This document shows, in pieces, positions 1 to 15,520 of a DNA stretch of 64,000 bases; position 1 is the first letter of the stretch; the number at the start of each line of letters is the position of its first letter. This stretch comes from a bacterium. Its GTDB lineage: Bacteria; UBA8248. Position numbers and translations under genes: made by a program. The notes beneath the pieces are model-generated. The model saw nothing but the letters and a program-made list of their open reading frames with translations. It did no database searches and had not been told where the DNA came from. Location of the stretch: the NCBI GenBank assembly GCA_965213685.1, contig CBDBZY010000016.1:288001-352000 (forward strand), given 5' to 3'.

Positions 1-15
1 TAGGAGTAAGCATAG

Positions 16-655
16 AAACAAGGGCATTATCTTACATCTGACCAACAAATGTTCTCCATCTCCAAATTTGGGATAAAAGTAACAGACTCCCAAAGGCAGC
101 GCGTTTTCACCCGCCACCCCCTGCACCGAATAGTGAACATCACCTACTATGAGGACACGTACAAGAAGCACATGCTGGCAGTGAGGGTGTCTGGAGCAGA
201 GGACGGGCAGCAAGAGCTGCACATTTATGAGAGTGAGAGTGAGGTGAGGAGTGCAGGGAAACCCCTCTCATTAGGACACCCTTAATTAGGACACCTTGAG
301 AGACAGATCACTATTGCTATCCCATATACCATATCTGTGTTCATGCCAATGAGGACACCATTCTAGTGAGGACAGTCCTTCTTTGTGCCAAGAGTGGTTT
401 GATTAGAGGGGCTCTATGCTGTGCACCATGTTGCTTGCGTGCTGTAGTGATCCAATTCACTCAGTTATGCATTAACACTTTCACCATCACTCCTTCTCCC
501 CCTCCCTCACTCTTCCCTCCCTCTCTCCTTCCCTCTCTTGCCACCATCCCCAGGCACAGGCTAAGGACATCTGCCTCACTCTGGCTCAGGCATTTGAGGC
601 AGTCTACAACAAACTGCAGTTGGAACAGAACCTCCACTCCTCAGACCTCAGATAG
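16..655 (+). pseudogene. ITGB1BP1: ICAP1-like PTB gene copy I0, last two exons only (5'-rearranged type)
   Basis: Exon MFSISKFGIKV...ESESE|gtgagg and last exon AQAKDICLTLAQAFEAVY...TAG(655). The 5' edge matches the degraded copy at 14517, not the intact copies. Confidence 0.65.
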
Positions 656-959
656 CCTGTGTATTGTGTCAATGTACCTATATGTACACATACTTAACTA
701 TGACATCATCTCTATAATACTGTTTACTCTGATTACATGACTGTGCATAATGATTATTTCAAACATTGCCATCATAGCTAATACTGACCAATCATATTCC
801 ATTATCCATACATGGGCACCATGATTCCACTTATGCTTAAAACATATCATGAATATGATGACACCTCCTATGCTCAGCAGTTACCATAACAACGTACAGA
901 AAAACAAGGTCCTTGTTCTCCATTGCGTTGCCTTACTGGAGCACCCTGGGAAGCCCACA

Positions 960-3092
960 ATGGCTCAAAATCCAGACGTTCCCTCCCTTACCCCTCGAGA
1001 CCTCACCCTCCCTGGTAGGTCCCTCCCTCCTGCCATGCCCCTCATCATCTCCACCCAAGACAGGTGGGACCCTCACAGCTGCAAGCTGGAGACTCACCAG
1101 CACAACAGCCAGCCACAACACCTACAGCTAGTCACAGACACTCTACAACTGCTGGGAACCATCAACAAGCCTGTGGCTGTCCTGTCCATCTGTGGCCCCT
1201 ATCGCTCGGGGAAGTCCTACTTCATCTCCCGACTGCTGGGCAGGCCTGGGGCCTTTCAGCTGGGCCACAGTATGCGAGCCTGTACACGTGGAATCTGGAT
1301 GGCCACCACTGTCCTGGAGTGTGAGCAGTTTGCCACAATCCTGCTGGATACGGAAGGCATCGATGCCATTGGAGCCTCCGAGACCATGGCCATGAGCTTG
1401 CTGACTGTCACCACACTCCTCAGCTCCTACCTCATCTACAACTCCAAGAAGGTGCCCCAGAAGGTGGACCTGGACAAGATGAGGTGCTTCACCCAGCTCT
1501 CCAGGTCTCTGCTTGTGCAGAAAGGGGAGTCCATGAGGGCAGAGGTCATGAGGAAGTTCTTCCCTCACTTTCTGTGGCTACTGCGAGACGTGACACTGAC
1601 TGTGACAGACAGAGCCGGCCAGACCATCTCAGCCACTGAGTTCCTGCACACTCGTGTGCTGGCATCCGAAGCTGGCCAGCCTACAGAGCTGGGCAAGTCT
1701 CTTTGCAGCCTCTTCCCCTCACTGGAGTGCCACACTCTTCCCATGCCAAGCATCAACCCCAAAGTCATCAAGAACATTGTGGAGCAACAGGACAAGCTGG
1801 AACCAGCATTCAACAAGGCAGTGGATGAGCTGATCCAGCGAATCCTGCAGCAAGTCACACCCAAGAAAGCCATCGATGGAGTGAATGTGGTGGATGGCCC
1901 AGCTCTCGCTGCTCTGACCCGTGGGTATGTGGATGCCATCAACACACCAGGAGCAATACCAGACCTGGAACAAGGCTGGCAGGCCGTCATCAAGTGGAAA
2001 CTGAAGGAACTGTCAGACAAGCTAGTGGAGGAGTACAGGAGAGAGATGGAGGAATGTTTAGGAGACAATCTTCCCATGGAGGAGAGGAATCTGATGAGAA
2101 TCCACAAACAGACACTGAGCAGGAAAAGGGAGTCACTGCAGCAGGAGATCCGTCGACTCAAGCCATTGAGTTCCACCTCTGGAGACAAAGACCCAGTCCT
2201 CAGTCAACTGGAGCAGGCAATCAGTCAGACAAATGAGGGGGGTGAGGTGATTGGGGGGGTCCTGTTCCAGTTCACCACTCACAACTACTCCAAGTCCAAG
2301 CAGCAGTGTGAAGAGGTGCTGATGGAAGCAGTGAAGAGCAGTGAAATTCACAAGAAGTGTCAAGAAGCCTTCATCAACTCACAGCCACTGGACATAATGG
2401 CAGAGATACAGGAGATTGAGTGGCAATACCACAGGCAAGCTGTCGGACCAGCAGCCAGTGAAGTGCTGGAGAAAGGCCTCAGAGAACTGAACCAACTGGG
2501 AGACTCACTCAAGAGAATTCCTGGCCCACCTCGTGAGGTGAGGGACATTGGACGAGGACCTGATCGAGTGAAGCTGAGCTGGAAACCTCCAGAGAAGAAC
2601 CCTGAGGCTGCTGAGAGCTATGTGGTGTGGAAACAAGAGGAGGGGAAGCAGTGGGAGAGGGTGAGGGAGACAAAGAAGACCAAAATCCTCATCACTGGAC
2701 TGAAGTCAGGGACATACTACCAGTTCAGAGTCACAGCCACTAATGACCTGATTAAGAGTGTGGATACAACACAGCGCTCAGAGACAAATGTGTCAAAAGC
2801 TAAGATGGGAGCTATTGGTGGTGGTTTTGGAGCACTTGGATTTGCAGTGTCCCCAGTTTTAGGTTATTTGGCTATGACTAATGGAGACATGAGTACAAGA
2901 AAAATAGTAGCCATATCAGTCGCCACTGCACCAATCAGCCTCATATGTGCTCCAGTTACTGCTACTGTGGGTGCAGTTTGGTTTGCTAGGGAAGAGATCA
3001 AGGACTGGTGCTACAGTGGAGACCTGTCCCCAGAGAGTGATGATCTGTCCCCAGAGAGTGATGATGAAACATCATGTGACTCCACAGAATGA
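960..3092 (+). CDS. GBP/atlastin-family GTPase-FN3-hydrophobic hairpin protein, copy G1 (intronless; N-terminus MAQNPDV)
   Basis: G1 GPYRSGKS, G2 CTRGIW, G3 LLDTEG, G4 WLLRD; FN3 PGPP..VKLSW..GLKSGTYYQFRVTATN; two hydrophobic segments; 21-nt DLSPESD duplication in the tail. ATG 960 chosen by homology with other copies (ORF opens at 849). Confidence 0.9.
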   Translation: MAQNPDVPSLTPRDLTLPGRSLPPAMPLIISTQDRWDPHSCKLETHQHNSQPQHLQLVTDTLQLLGTINKPVAVLSICGPYRSGKSYFISRLLGRPGAFQLGHSMRACTRGIWMATTVLECEQFATILLDTEGIDAIGASETMAMSLLTVTTLLSSYLIYNSKKVPQKVDLDKMRCFTQLSRSLLVQKGESMRAEVMRKFFPHFLWLLRDVTLTVTDRAGQTISATEFLHTRVLASEAGQPTELGKSLCSLFPSLECHTLPMPSINPKVIKNIVEQQDKLEPAFNKAVDELIQRILQQVTPKKAIDGVNVVDGPALAALTRGYVDAINTPGAIPDLEQGWQAVIKWKLKELSDKLVEEYRREMEECLGDNLPMEERNLMRIHKQTLSRKRESLQQEIRRLKPLSSTSGDKDPVLSQLEQAISQTNEGGEVIGGVLFQFTTHNYSKSKQQCEEVLMEAVKSSEIHKKCQEAFINSQPLDIMAEIQEIEWQYHRQAVGPAASEVLEKGLRELNQLGDSLKRIPGPPREVRDIGRGPDRVKLSWKPPEKNPEAAESYVVWKQEEGKQWERVRETKKTKILITGLKSGTYYQFRVTATNDLIKSVDTTQRSETNVSKAKMGAIGGGFGALGFAVSPVLGYLAMTNGDMSTRKIVAISVATAPISLICAPVTATVGAVWFAREEIKDWCYSGDLSPESDDLSPESDDETSCDSTE

Positions 3093-3482
3093 CATGACAA
3101 TACTCTATGGCTAGCTATAGCTGCTCTTGTGTGTACAAGTTCATGTACTCTCATACCTGCCACAATACACACAATGTACACATGTATTTTGATATAATTA
3201 TTATGGAGTGGATATAACTCAATACAAGCTTTGTTACTATGACACTGTGTTGGCATGGCAACAGCAGACCCTGAGTGAGCATCCATAGTGTGGGTGGAGC
3301 CAGAGAGGTCACCAGTGGGTAGCACACACAGCAGTGATCATCACTGGTTGTCATGACAAGATGGGCCCCTGTCAATTATTATGTAGTTGGCAGGTCCCTA
3401 TAACATGTCGCAGTCTGTACCGGCTTCTGGTGCAATCTCATTGGTCATTTGATTCTTCTCATCACATGATTTGCTTGCATTG

Positions 3483-5773
<2,291 letters not shown>

Positions 5774-5907
5774 AGCAGCGGAAGAATCGCCACACGGTCT
5801 CGGCAAACACGACAACAAAGTATACTGACGTGTACGGTGCGTTGCATTCCGTATATGTTGGGTATCCGGTAAATGGGTGGGGCTGCAATACGAGTTGCAG
5901 CTCCTAG

Positions 5908-5966
5908 CATAGATAGTATAGACAAGTAACCTATTACTTACTAGTTACTTGTCTATACTATCTATG
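5908..5966. mobile_element. 59-bp hairpin, P-element-like remnant in the kintoun/ICAP1 intergenic region
   Basis: 23-bp TIR catagatagtatagacaagtaac and 7-bp TSD ctcctag; the empty site is seen in the paralog at ~58030. Confidence 0.8.
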
Positions 5967-6009
5967 CTCCTAGTAGGGTGGCTTACTGAGGTAAGAGAAA
6001 AGCGTAGCG

Positions 6010-7952
<1,943 letters not shown>

Positions 7953-8174
7953 CCTGTGTATTGTGCCATTATCTGTACTACCACTATTACATCATGGTTT
8001 AAAATGACCAATCAAAACCTACTGCCCATATAAGGATCCCCTGCTGCTACAACCCTGACATGAATATAATTATGGTTTGCTATGCTCAGCAATTCCATAA
8101 CGTGTAGCAAGAGAGAAGCACTAGAAATCACCACTTTCTCATCGCCTCACTCCAGTACCAAACAGCTACCAGCG

Positions 8175-10292
8175 ATGGCTAAGAAGCAGGAAGTTCCCTC
8201 TCTCACCCCTCGAGACCTCACCCTCCCTGGTAGGTCCCTCCCTCCTGCCATGCCCCTCATCATCTCCACCCAAGACAGGTGGGACCCTCACAGCTGCAAG
8301 CTGGAGACTCACCAGCACAACAGCCAACCACAACACCTACAGCTAGTCACAGACACTCTGCAACTGCTGGGAACCATCAACAAGCCTGTGGCTGTCCTGT
8401 CCATCTGTGGCCCCTACCGCTCGGGGAAGTCCTACTTCATCTCCCGACTGCTGGGCAGGCCTGGGGCCTTTCAGCTGGGCCACAGGATGCAAGCCTGTAC
8501 ACGTGGAATCTGGATGGCCACCACTGTCCTGGAGTGTGAGCAGTTTGTCACAATCCTGCTGGACACAGAAGGCATCGATGCCATTAGAGCCTCCGAGACC
8601 ATGGATGCAAGCTTGCTGACTGTCACCACACTCCTCAGCTCCTACCTCATCTACAACTCCATGAAGGTGCCCCAGAAGGTGGATCTGGACAAGATGAGGT
8701 GCTTCACCCAGCTCTCCAGGTCTCTGCTCGTGCAGAAAGGGGAGTCCATGAGGGCAGAGGTCATGAGGAAGTTCTTCCCTCACTTTCTGTGGCTACTGCG
8801 AGATGTGACACTGAAAGTGACAGACAGAGCCGGCCAGACCATCTCAGCCACTGAGTTCCTGCACACTCGTGTGCTGGCATCACAATCTGGCCAGCCTACA
8901 GAGCTGGGCAAGTCTCTTTGCAGCCTCTTCCCCTCACTAGAATGCCACACTCTTCCCATGCCAAGCATCAACCCCAAAGTCATCAAGAACATTGTGGAGC
9001 AACAGGACAAGCTGAAACCAGCATTCAACAAGGCAGTGGATGAACTGATCCAGCGAATCCTGCAGCAAGTCACACCCAAGAAAGCCATCAATGGAGTGAG
9101 TGTGGTGGATGGCCCAGCTCTAGCTGCTCTGACCCGTGGCTATGTGGATGCCATCAACACACCAGGAGCAATACCAGACCTGGAACAAGGCTGGCAGGCC
9201 GTCATCAAGTGGAAACTGAAGGAACTGTCAGACAAGCTAGTGGAGGAGTACAGGAGAGAGATGGAGAAATGTTTAGGAGACAATCTTCCCATGGAGGAGA
9301 GGAATCTGATGAGAATCCACAAACAGACACTGAGCAGGAAAAGGGATTCACTGCAGCAGGAGATCCATCGGCTCAAACCATTGAGTTCCACCTCTGGAGA
9401 CAAAAACCCAATCCTGATCATGAGTCAACTGGAGCAGACAATCAGTCAGACAAACGAGGGGGGTGAGGTGATTGGGGGGGTCCTGTTCCAGTTCACCACT
9501 CAGAACTATTACAAGTCCAAGCAGCAGTGTGAAGAGGTGCTGATGGAAGCAGTGAAGAGCAGTGGAATTCACAAGAAGTGTCAGGAAGCCTTCATCAACT
9601 CACAGCCACTGGACATAATGGCAGAGATATGGGATATTCATACACAATACTGCAAGCAAGCTGTCGGACCAGCAGCCAATGAAGTACTGGAGAAAGGTCA
9701 CAGAGAACTGAACCAACTGGGAGACTCACTCAAGAGAATTCCTGGCCCACCTAGTGAGGTGGAGGTCATTGGAGAGGGATCTGATCGAGTGAAGCTGAGC
9801 TGGCAACCTCCAGAGAAGAACCCTGAGGCTGCTGAGAGCTATGTGGTGTGGAAACAAGAGAAGGGGAAGCAGTGGGAGAGGGTGAGGGAGACAAAGAAGA
9901 CCAAAATCCTCATCACTGGACTGAAGTCAGGGACAGTGTACCAGTTCAGAGTCACAGCCACTAATGACCTGATTAAGAGTGTGGCTACAACACAGTGCTC
10001 ATTGACAAAGGAGTCAAAAGCTATGATGGGAGCTATTGGTGGTGGTGCAGGAGCACTTGCATTTGCATTGTCCCCAGTTTTAGGTTATGTGGCTATGACT
10101 GAAGGAGGCATGAGTACAAGAAAAATAGTAGCCATATCAGTCGCCACTGCACCAATCAGCCTCATATGTGCTCCAGTTACTGCTACTGTGGGTGGAGTTT
10201 GGGCTGCTAGGGAAATGATCAAGGATGAGCGTGACTGGGGAGACCTGTCCCCAGGGAGTGATGATGAGACGTCATGTGACTCCACAGAATGA
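8175..10292 (+). CDS. GBP-FN3-hairpin protein copy G2 (N-terminus MAKKQEV)
   Basis: Intact ORF with the same motifs as G1; in-frame upstream ATG at 8082 is a possible alternative start. Confidence 0.9.
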   Translation: MAKKQEVPSLTPRDLTLPGRSLPPAMPLIISTQDRWDPHSCKLETHQHNSQPQHLQLVTDTLQLLGTINKPVAVLSICGPYRSGKSYFISRLLGRPGAFQLGHRMQACTRGIWMATTVLECEQFVTILLDTEGIDAIRASETMDASLLTVTTLLSSYLIYNSMKVPQKVDLDKMRCFTQLSRSLLVQKGESMRAEVMRKFFPHFLWLLRDVTLKVTDRAGQTISATEFLHTRVLASQSGQPTELGKSLCSLFPSLECHTLPMPSINPKVIKNIVEQQDKLKPAFNKAVDELIQRILQQVTPKKAINGVSVVDGPALAALTRGYVDAINTPGAIPDLEQGWQAVIKWKLKELSDKLVEEYRREMEKCLGDNLPMEERNLMRIHKQTLSRKRDSLQQEIHRLKPLSSTSGDKNPILIMSQLEQTISQTNEGGEVIGGVLFQFTTQNYYKSKQQCEEVLMEAVKSSGIHKKCQEAFINSQPLDIMAEIWDIHTQYCKQAVGPAANEVLEKGHRELNQLGDSLKRIPGPPSEVEVIGEGSDRVKLSWQPPEKNPEAAESYVVWKQEKGKQWERVRETKKTKILITGLKSGTVYQFRVTATNDLIKSVATTQCSLTKESKAMMGAIGGGAGALAFALSPVLGYVAMTEGGMSTRKIVAISVATAPISLICAPVTATVGGVWAAREMIKDERDWGDLSPGSDDETSCDSTE

Positions 10293-10689
10293 CGTGACAA
10301 TACTCTATGGCTAGCTATAGCTGCTCTTGTGTGTACAAGTTCATGTACTCTCATACCTGCCACAATACACACAACATGCACATGTATTTTGATTTAATTA
10401 TTATGGAGTGACATTTACAAATCAATACAAGCTTTGCTACTATGGCATTGTGTTGGGCATAGCAACAGCAGAACCCAAAAAGAGCATCCATAAATAGTGT
10501 GGGTGGAGCCAGAGAGGTCACCAGTTGCCACATGCCAGCACAACACCACACCCAGCATGATGGAGTGCTTGTGTGTGGGGGCAGTCTGAGAACAAGGCTA
10601 GAGTGATGTGAATTGATACATAGCAAATGACCGTAAACATCATAATAATTATACATAGTGGTGAGTGTTATGAGCACTGCTAGTGATGA

Positions 10690-10809
10690 TCATGACTTGT
10701 GTTCCTCTGTGGTGACTGAGTGTAGAGGTGATTGTGGTTCTCTCGGCCTGATCCACAGCAGCGGGAACATTCCAATCAAACATCCAATGATGATACCAGC
10801 ACAGCGACC
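10690..10809 (-). pseudogene. TMEM65: Orphan last exon of a TMEM65-like gene (T1)
   Basis: cag|GRCAGIIIGCLIGMFPLLWI..* resembles the TMEM65 C-terminus as recalled (GKAVGVTIGCILGMFPLIF); polypyrimidine acceptor present, no upstream exons recognised. Confidence 0.6.
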
Positions 10810-11664
10810 CTGAGACGGGGGAAGAGGAGGATGAGAAAGAGAGTAAGTAACCAGAGGAAGAGGTACATGTATGAGAGTGGAAGCAGATAAGCAGGCTGGC
10901 AGGCCAAAGGCAGACAGACAGATACAGACAGACATGGAATTTTGACTCCATAGAATAACATGACAATGGCTCCTCTTGTGTGGTAGTACAACCTCTTGCA
11001 CTCTCATACGTGCCATATAGCCTCGTTCCCAGGCTCTTTTCGGGCCTGGATACGAGGCTAACCTAAACATCACATCAACCAGGTCCTTGCACCACCCCAC
11101 CAGGCGGGCCACTGAATGTACCTGGCGTCCAACACTGTTGTTACGCTCAAAATATGCCATTTGCTGACTGAACTAAGTCAAACAATTACATGTACACAAT
11201 GATCGTATACCCCAGCAGATGGCGGCGGTACTTTAGACCACAGAATATCAATGACTAGACATCATTAGCGTATTCTCACAAGCCTCCAATCTACCTGCAT
11301 ATTTACTAGAGATCTATGGACCAGCCAAGAATGCGGATAATTATATCACTGTTACCTACAATGTACTGCCCACTCGCTACTCGGTGCCCACTATTGAACA
11401 CCAGCACCGTGTAGCGCCATACACGCTAAATATTGATGGTAGCTATTTGCTAAACACCAAAGCTATTTACTAAACATCCACCCCTTTGCTATATCCCCTT
11501 AAAAAATTAGGGTTTTCAAATTTGGGCTAACAGCACCCCATAACTCTTTGGAGAGTAGTACGTCACAGCATAGATATCTATGGTCACGACGGTGTGGGGG
11601 AAGTCCCTACGTTTAGAACGCGACGCACAGGTATTAGAGCCCACCAGTAGCTTTGCTCATCTGC

Positions 11665-13797
11665 ATGGCTGCCTCTGGAGCCACAGCTGAGGATGTTAGT
11701 GCCTCCTCCCTCACCCCTCGAGACCTCACCCTCCCTGGTAGGTCCCTCCCTCCTGCCATGCCCCTCATCATCTCCACCCAAGACAGGTGGGACCCTCACA
11801 GCTGCAAGCTGGAGACTCACCAGCACAACAGCCAACCACAATACCTACAGCTAGTCACAGACACTCTACAACTGCTGGGAACCATCAACAAGCCTGTGGC
11901 TATCCTGTCCATCTGTGGCCCCTACCGCTCAGGGAAGTCCTACTTCATCTCCCGACTGCTGGGCAGGCCTGGGGCCTTTCAGCTGGGCCACAGGATGCAA
12001 GCCTGTACACGTGGAATCTGGATGGCCACCACTGTCCTGGAGTGTGAGCAGTTTGCCATAATCCTGCTGGACACAGAAGGCATTGATGCCATTGGAGCCT
12101 CCGAGACCATGGCCATGAGCTTGCTGACTGTCACCACACTCCTCAGCTCCTACCTCATCTACAACTCCAAGAAGGTGCCCCAGAAGGTGGACCTGGACAA
12201 GATGAGGTGCTTCACCCAGCTCTCCAGGTCTCTGCTCGTGCAGAAAGGGGAGTCCATGAGGGCAGAGGTCGTGAGGGAGTTCTTCCCTCACTTTCTGTGG
12301 CTACTGCGAGATGTGACACTGAAAGTGACAGACAGAGCCGGCCAGACCATCTCAGCCACTGAGTTCCTGCACACTCGTGTGCTGGCATCACAGTCTGGCC
12401 AGCCTACAGAGCTGGGCAAGTCTCTTTGCAGCCTCTTCCCCTCACTGGAATGCCACACTCTTCCCATGCCAAGCATCAACCCCAAAGTCATCAAGAACAT
12501 TGTGGAGCAACAGGACAAGCTGAAACCAGCATTCAACAAGGCAGTAGATGAGCTGATCCAGCGAATCCTGCAGCAAGTCACGCCCAAGAAAGCCATTGGT
12601 GGAGTGAGTGTGGTGGATGGCCCAGCTCTAGCTGCTCTGACCCGTGGCTATGTGGATGCCATCAACACACCAGGAGCAATACCAGACCTGGAACAAGGCT
12701 GGCAGGCCATCATCAAGTGGAAACTGAAGGAACTATCAGACAAGCTAGTGGAGGAGTACAGGAGAGAGATGGAGGAATGTTTAGGAGACAATCTTCCCAT
12801 GGAGGAGAGGAATCTGATGAGAATCCACCAACAGACACTGAGCAGGAAAAGGGAGTCACTGCAGCAGGAGATCCGTTGACTCAAGCCATTGAGTTCCACC
12901 TCTGGAGACAAAGACCCAGTCCTGAGTCAACTGGAGCAGACAATCAGTCAGACAAACGAGGGGGGTGAGGTGATTGGGGGGGTCCTGTTCCAGTTCACCA
13001 CTCACAACTATTCCAAGTCCAAGCAGCAATGTGAAGAGGTGCTGATGGAAGCAGTGAAGAGCAGTGGAATTCACAAGAAGTGTCAGGAAGCCTTCATCAA
13101 CTCTCATCCACTGGACATAATGGCAGAGATATGGGATATTCATACACAATACTGCAAGCAAGCTGTTGGACCAGCAGCTGGTGAAGTGCTGAAAAAAGGT
13201 CACAGAGAACTGAACCAACTGGGAGACTCACTCAAGAGAATTCCTGGCCCACCTTGTGAGGTGGAGGTCATTGGATGGGGACCTGATCGAGTGAAGCTGA
13301 GCTGGCAACCTCCAAAGAAGAACCCTGAGGCTGCTGAGAGCTATGTGGTGTGGAAACAAGAGGAGGGAATGCAGTGGGAGAGGGTGAGGGAGACAAAGAA
13401 GACCAAAATCCTCATCACTGGACTGAAGTCAGACACAGACTACCAGTTCAGAATCACAGCCACTAATGACCTGATTAAGAGTGTGGCTGCAACACATGAC
13501 TCATGGACAATGGAGTCAAAAGCTAAGATGGGAGCTCTTGCTGGTGGTGTAGGAGCAATTACATTGTCACTGATGCCAGTTGCAGCAGCTATTGCGAATG
13601 TGACTGCTGAAGACATGAGTGGAGGAAAAATAGTAGCCATATCAGTCGCCACTTTACCAATTAGCCTCATATGTGCTCCAGTTACTGCTACTGTGGGTGG
13701 AGTTTGGATTGCTAGGGAAGTGATCAAGGACGGATGCTACAGTGGAGACCTGTCCCCAGAGAGTGATGATGAGACGTCATGTGACTCCACAGAGTGA
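11665..13797 (+). pseudogene. GBP-FN3-hairpin copy G3 with in-frame nonsense codon (N-terminus MAASGATAEDV)
   Basis: CGA>TGA at 12877-12879; the frame is otherwise open to the normal stop. Confidence 0.85.
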
Positions 13798-14149
13798 CAT
13801 GTCAATACTCTATGGCTAGCTATAGCTGCTCTTGTGTGTACACGTTCATGTACTCTCATACCCGCCACAATAAACACAACATGCACATGTATTTTGATAT
13901 ATTATGGAGTGGATGTAACAGAAATTGAGTTATTTATTAGTATAAGCTTTGTTACTATGACATTGTGTTGGCATGGCAACAGCAGAACCTAAATGAGCAT
14001 CCATTGTGGGTGAAGCCAGATAGGTTACCAATGGGTAGCGATTCTAGTAAATATAGCAGTGATCATCACTGCTTATCATGATGAGATGGGCCCCTGTCAT
14101 CAACCACAATTATTATGGAGTTGCCGTGTCCCCAGCCACAGCGCAATGC

Positions 14150-14246
14150 TAGCCTCATTCCCAGGCCTTCCCCCACATGCCAGCACAACACCACACCCAG
14201 CATGGTGGAGTGCTTGTGTGTGGGGGGCAGTCTGGGAACAAGGCTA
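14150..14246. mobile_element. Degenerate TAG...CTA MITE (also ~32695-32791 and ~46792-46888)
   Basis: Imperfect TIR tagcctcattcccagg / tctgggaacaaggcta; no clear TSD. Confidence 0.45.
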
Positions 14247-14333
14247 GAGTGATGTGGATTGAATGACCATAAACTAATTATTATACACTGTACATGTAGT
14301 GGTGAGTGTTATGAGCACCGCTAGTGATGAATA

Positions 14334-14453
14334 TCATGACTTGTGTTCCTCTGGGGTGACTGAGTGTTGACGTGATTGTGGTTCTCTTGGCCTGATCCAC
14401 AGCAGCGGGAACATTCCAATCAAACATCCGATGATGATACCAGCACAGCGACC
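14334..14453 (-). pseudogene. TMEM65: TMEM65-like last exon (T2)
   Basis: Same exon as T1; the upstream intron joins directly to the ICAP1 fragment. Confidence 0.6.
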
Positions 14454-14526
14454 CTGAGACGGGGGAAGAGGAGAAAGTGAAAAAGTATAAGTATTCATTT
14501 GCAAGCATTGGATAAGAGTAAGCATA

Positions 14527-15284
14527 GAAACAAGGGCATTATCTTACGTCTGACCAACGAATGTTCTCTGGGATAAAAGTAACGGACTCCCAAAGGCAGT
14601 GTGTCTTCGCCCGCCACCCCCTGCACCGAATAGTGAACATCACCTACTATGAGGACACGTACAAGAAGCACATGCTGGCAGTGAGGGTGTCTGGAGCAGA
14701 GGACGGGCAGCAAGAGCTGCACATTTATGAGAGTGAGAGTGAGGTGAGGAGTGCAGGGAAACCCCTCTAATTAGGATACCCTTAATTAGGACACCTTGAG
14801 AGACAGGTCACTATTGCTATCCCATATACCATATCTGTGTTCATGCCAATGAGGACACCATTCTAGTGAGGACACTCCTTCTTGTGCCAAGAGTGGTTTG
14901 ATTAGAGGGGCTCTATGCTGTGCACCATGTTGCTTGTGTGCTATAGTGATCCAATTCACTCAGTTATGTTTTTTCACCTGACGCTATCCCCAGACACAAG
15001 CCATTCTAGTGAGGACATACCTTCTTGTGCCAAGAGTGGCTTATTAGAGGGTTCTGTACTGTATACCATGCTGCTTACATGCTGTAGTGATCCAATTCAT
15101 ATGAACATTTTTACCATCCCTCCCTCTTCCCTCCCTCTTTCCTTTCCTCCCTCACTCTTCCCTTTCTTACCACCATCCCCAGGCACAGGCTAAGGACGTC
15201 TGCCTCACTCTGGCTCAGGCATTTGAGGCAGTCTACAACAAACTGCAGTTGGAACAGAACCTCCACTCCTCAGACCTCAGATAG
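14527..15284 (+). pseudogene. ITGB1BP1: ICAP1-like copy I2, 5'-truncated
   Basis: Only exons 5-6, with small deletions at the start of exon 5. Confidence 0.75.
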
Positions 15285-15490
15285 CCTGTGTATTGTGCCA
15301 TTATCTGTACTACCACTATTACATCATGGTTTAAAATGACCAATCAAAACCCACTGCTCATATAAAGAAGGCCCCTTGCTGTTACAACCCTGATATGAAT
15401 ATAAATATTTTGTCCATAGCATAGCAGGTGAGAACACTAGAATATTATCCCTCCATATTGCCTCCGTACAGTGGTAAACATCCAGCAGCA

Positions 15491-15520
15491 ATGGCTGGAT
15501 GTTCCCTCCCTCACCCCTCG
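15491..15520 (+). pseudogene. 30-bp relic of a GBP 5' end
   Basis: atggctggatgttccctccctcacccctcg matches the GBP start (VPSLTPR), then breaks off. Confidence 0.6.

Noticed and set aside
849-959. N-terminal extensions from upstream ATGs (849, 8082, 28806, 44223)
   Set aside because: Not shared across copy types; the MA-initiated starts align across all copies. They cannot be excluded without TSS data.
1143-2548. Recurrent antisense and alternate-frame ORFs inside the GBP genes
   Set aside because: They recur because the gene is duplicated; their lengths vary between copies and they show no recognisable motifs.
3072-3092. C-terminal CaaX prenylation signal
   Set aside because: The protein ends SCDSTE; Cys is fifth from the end and followed by polar/acidic residues.
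12877-12879. Selenocysteine UGA
   Set aside because: The codon is Arg in all intact paralogs, and no SECIS-like element was recognised.
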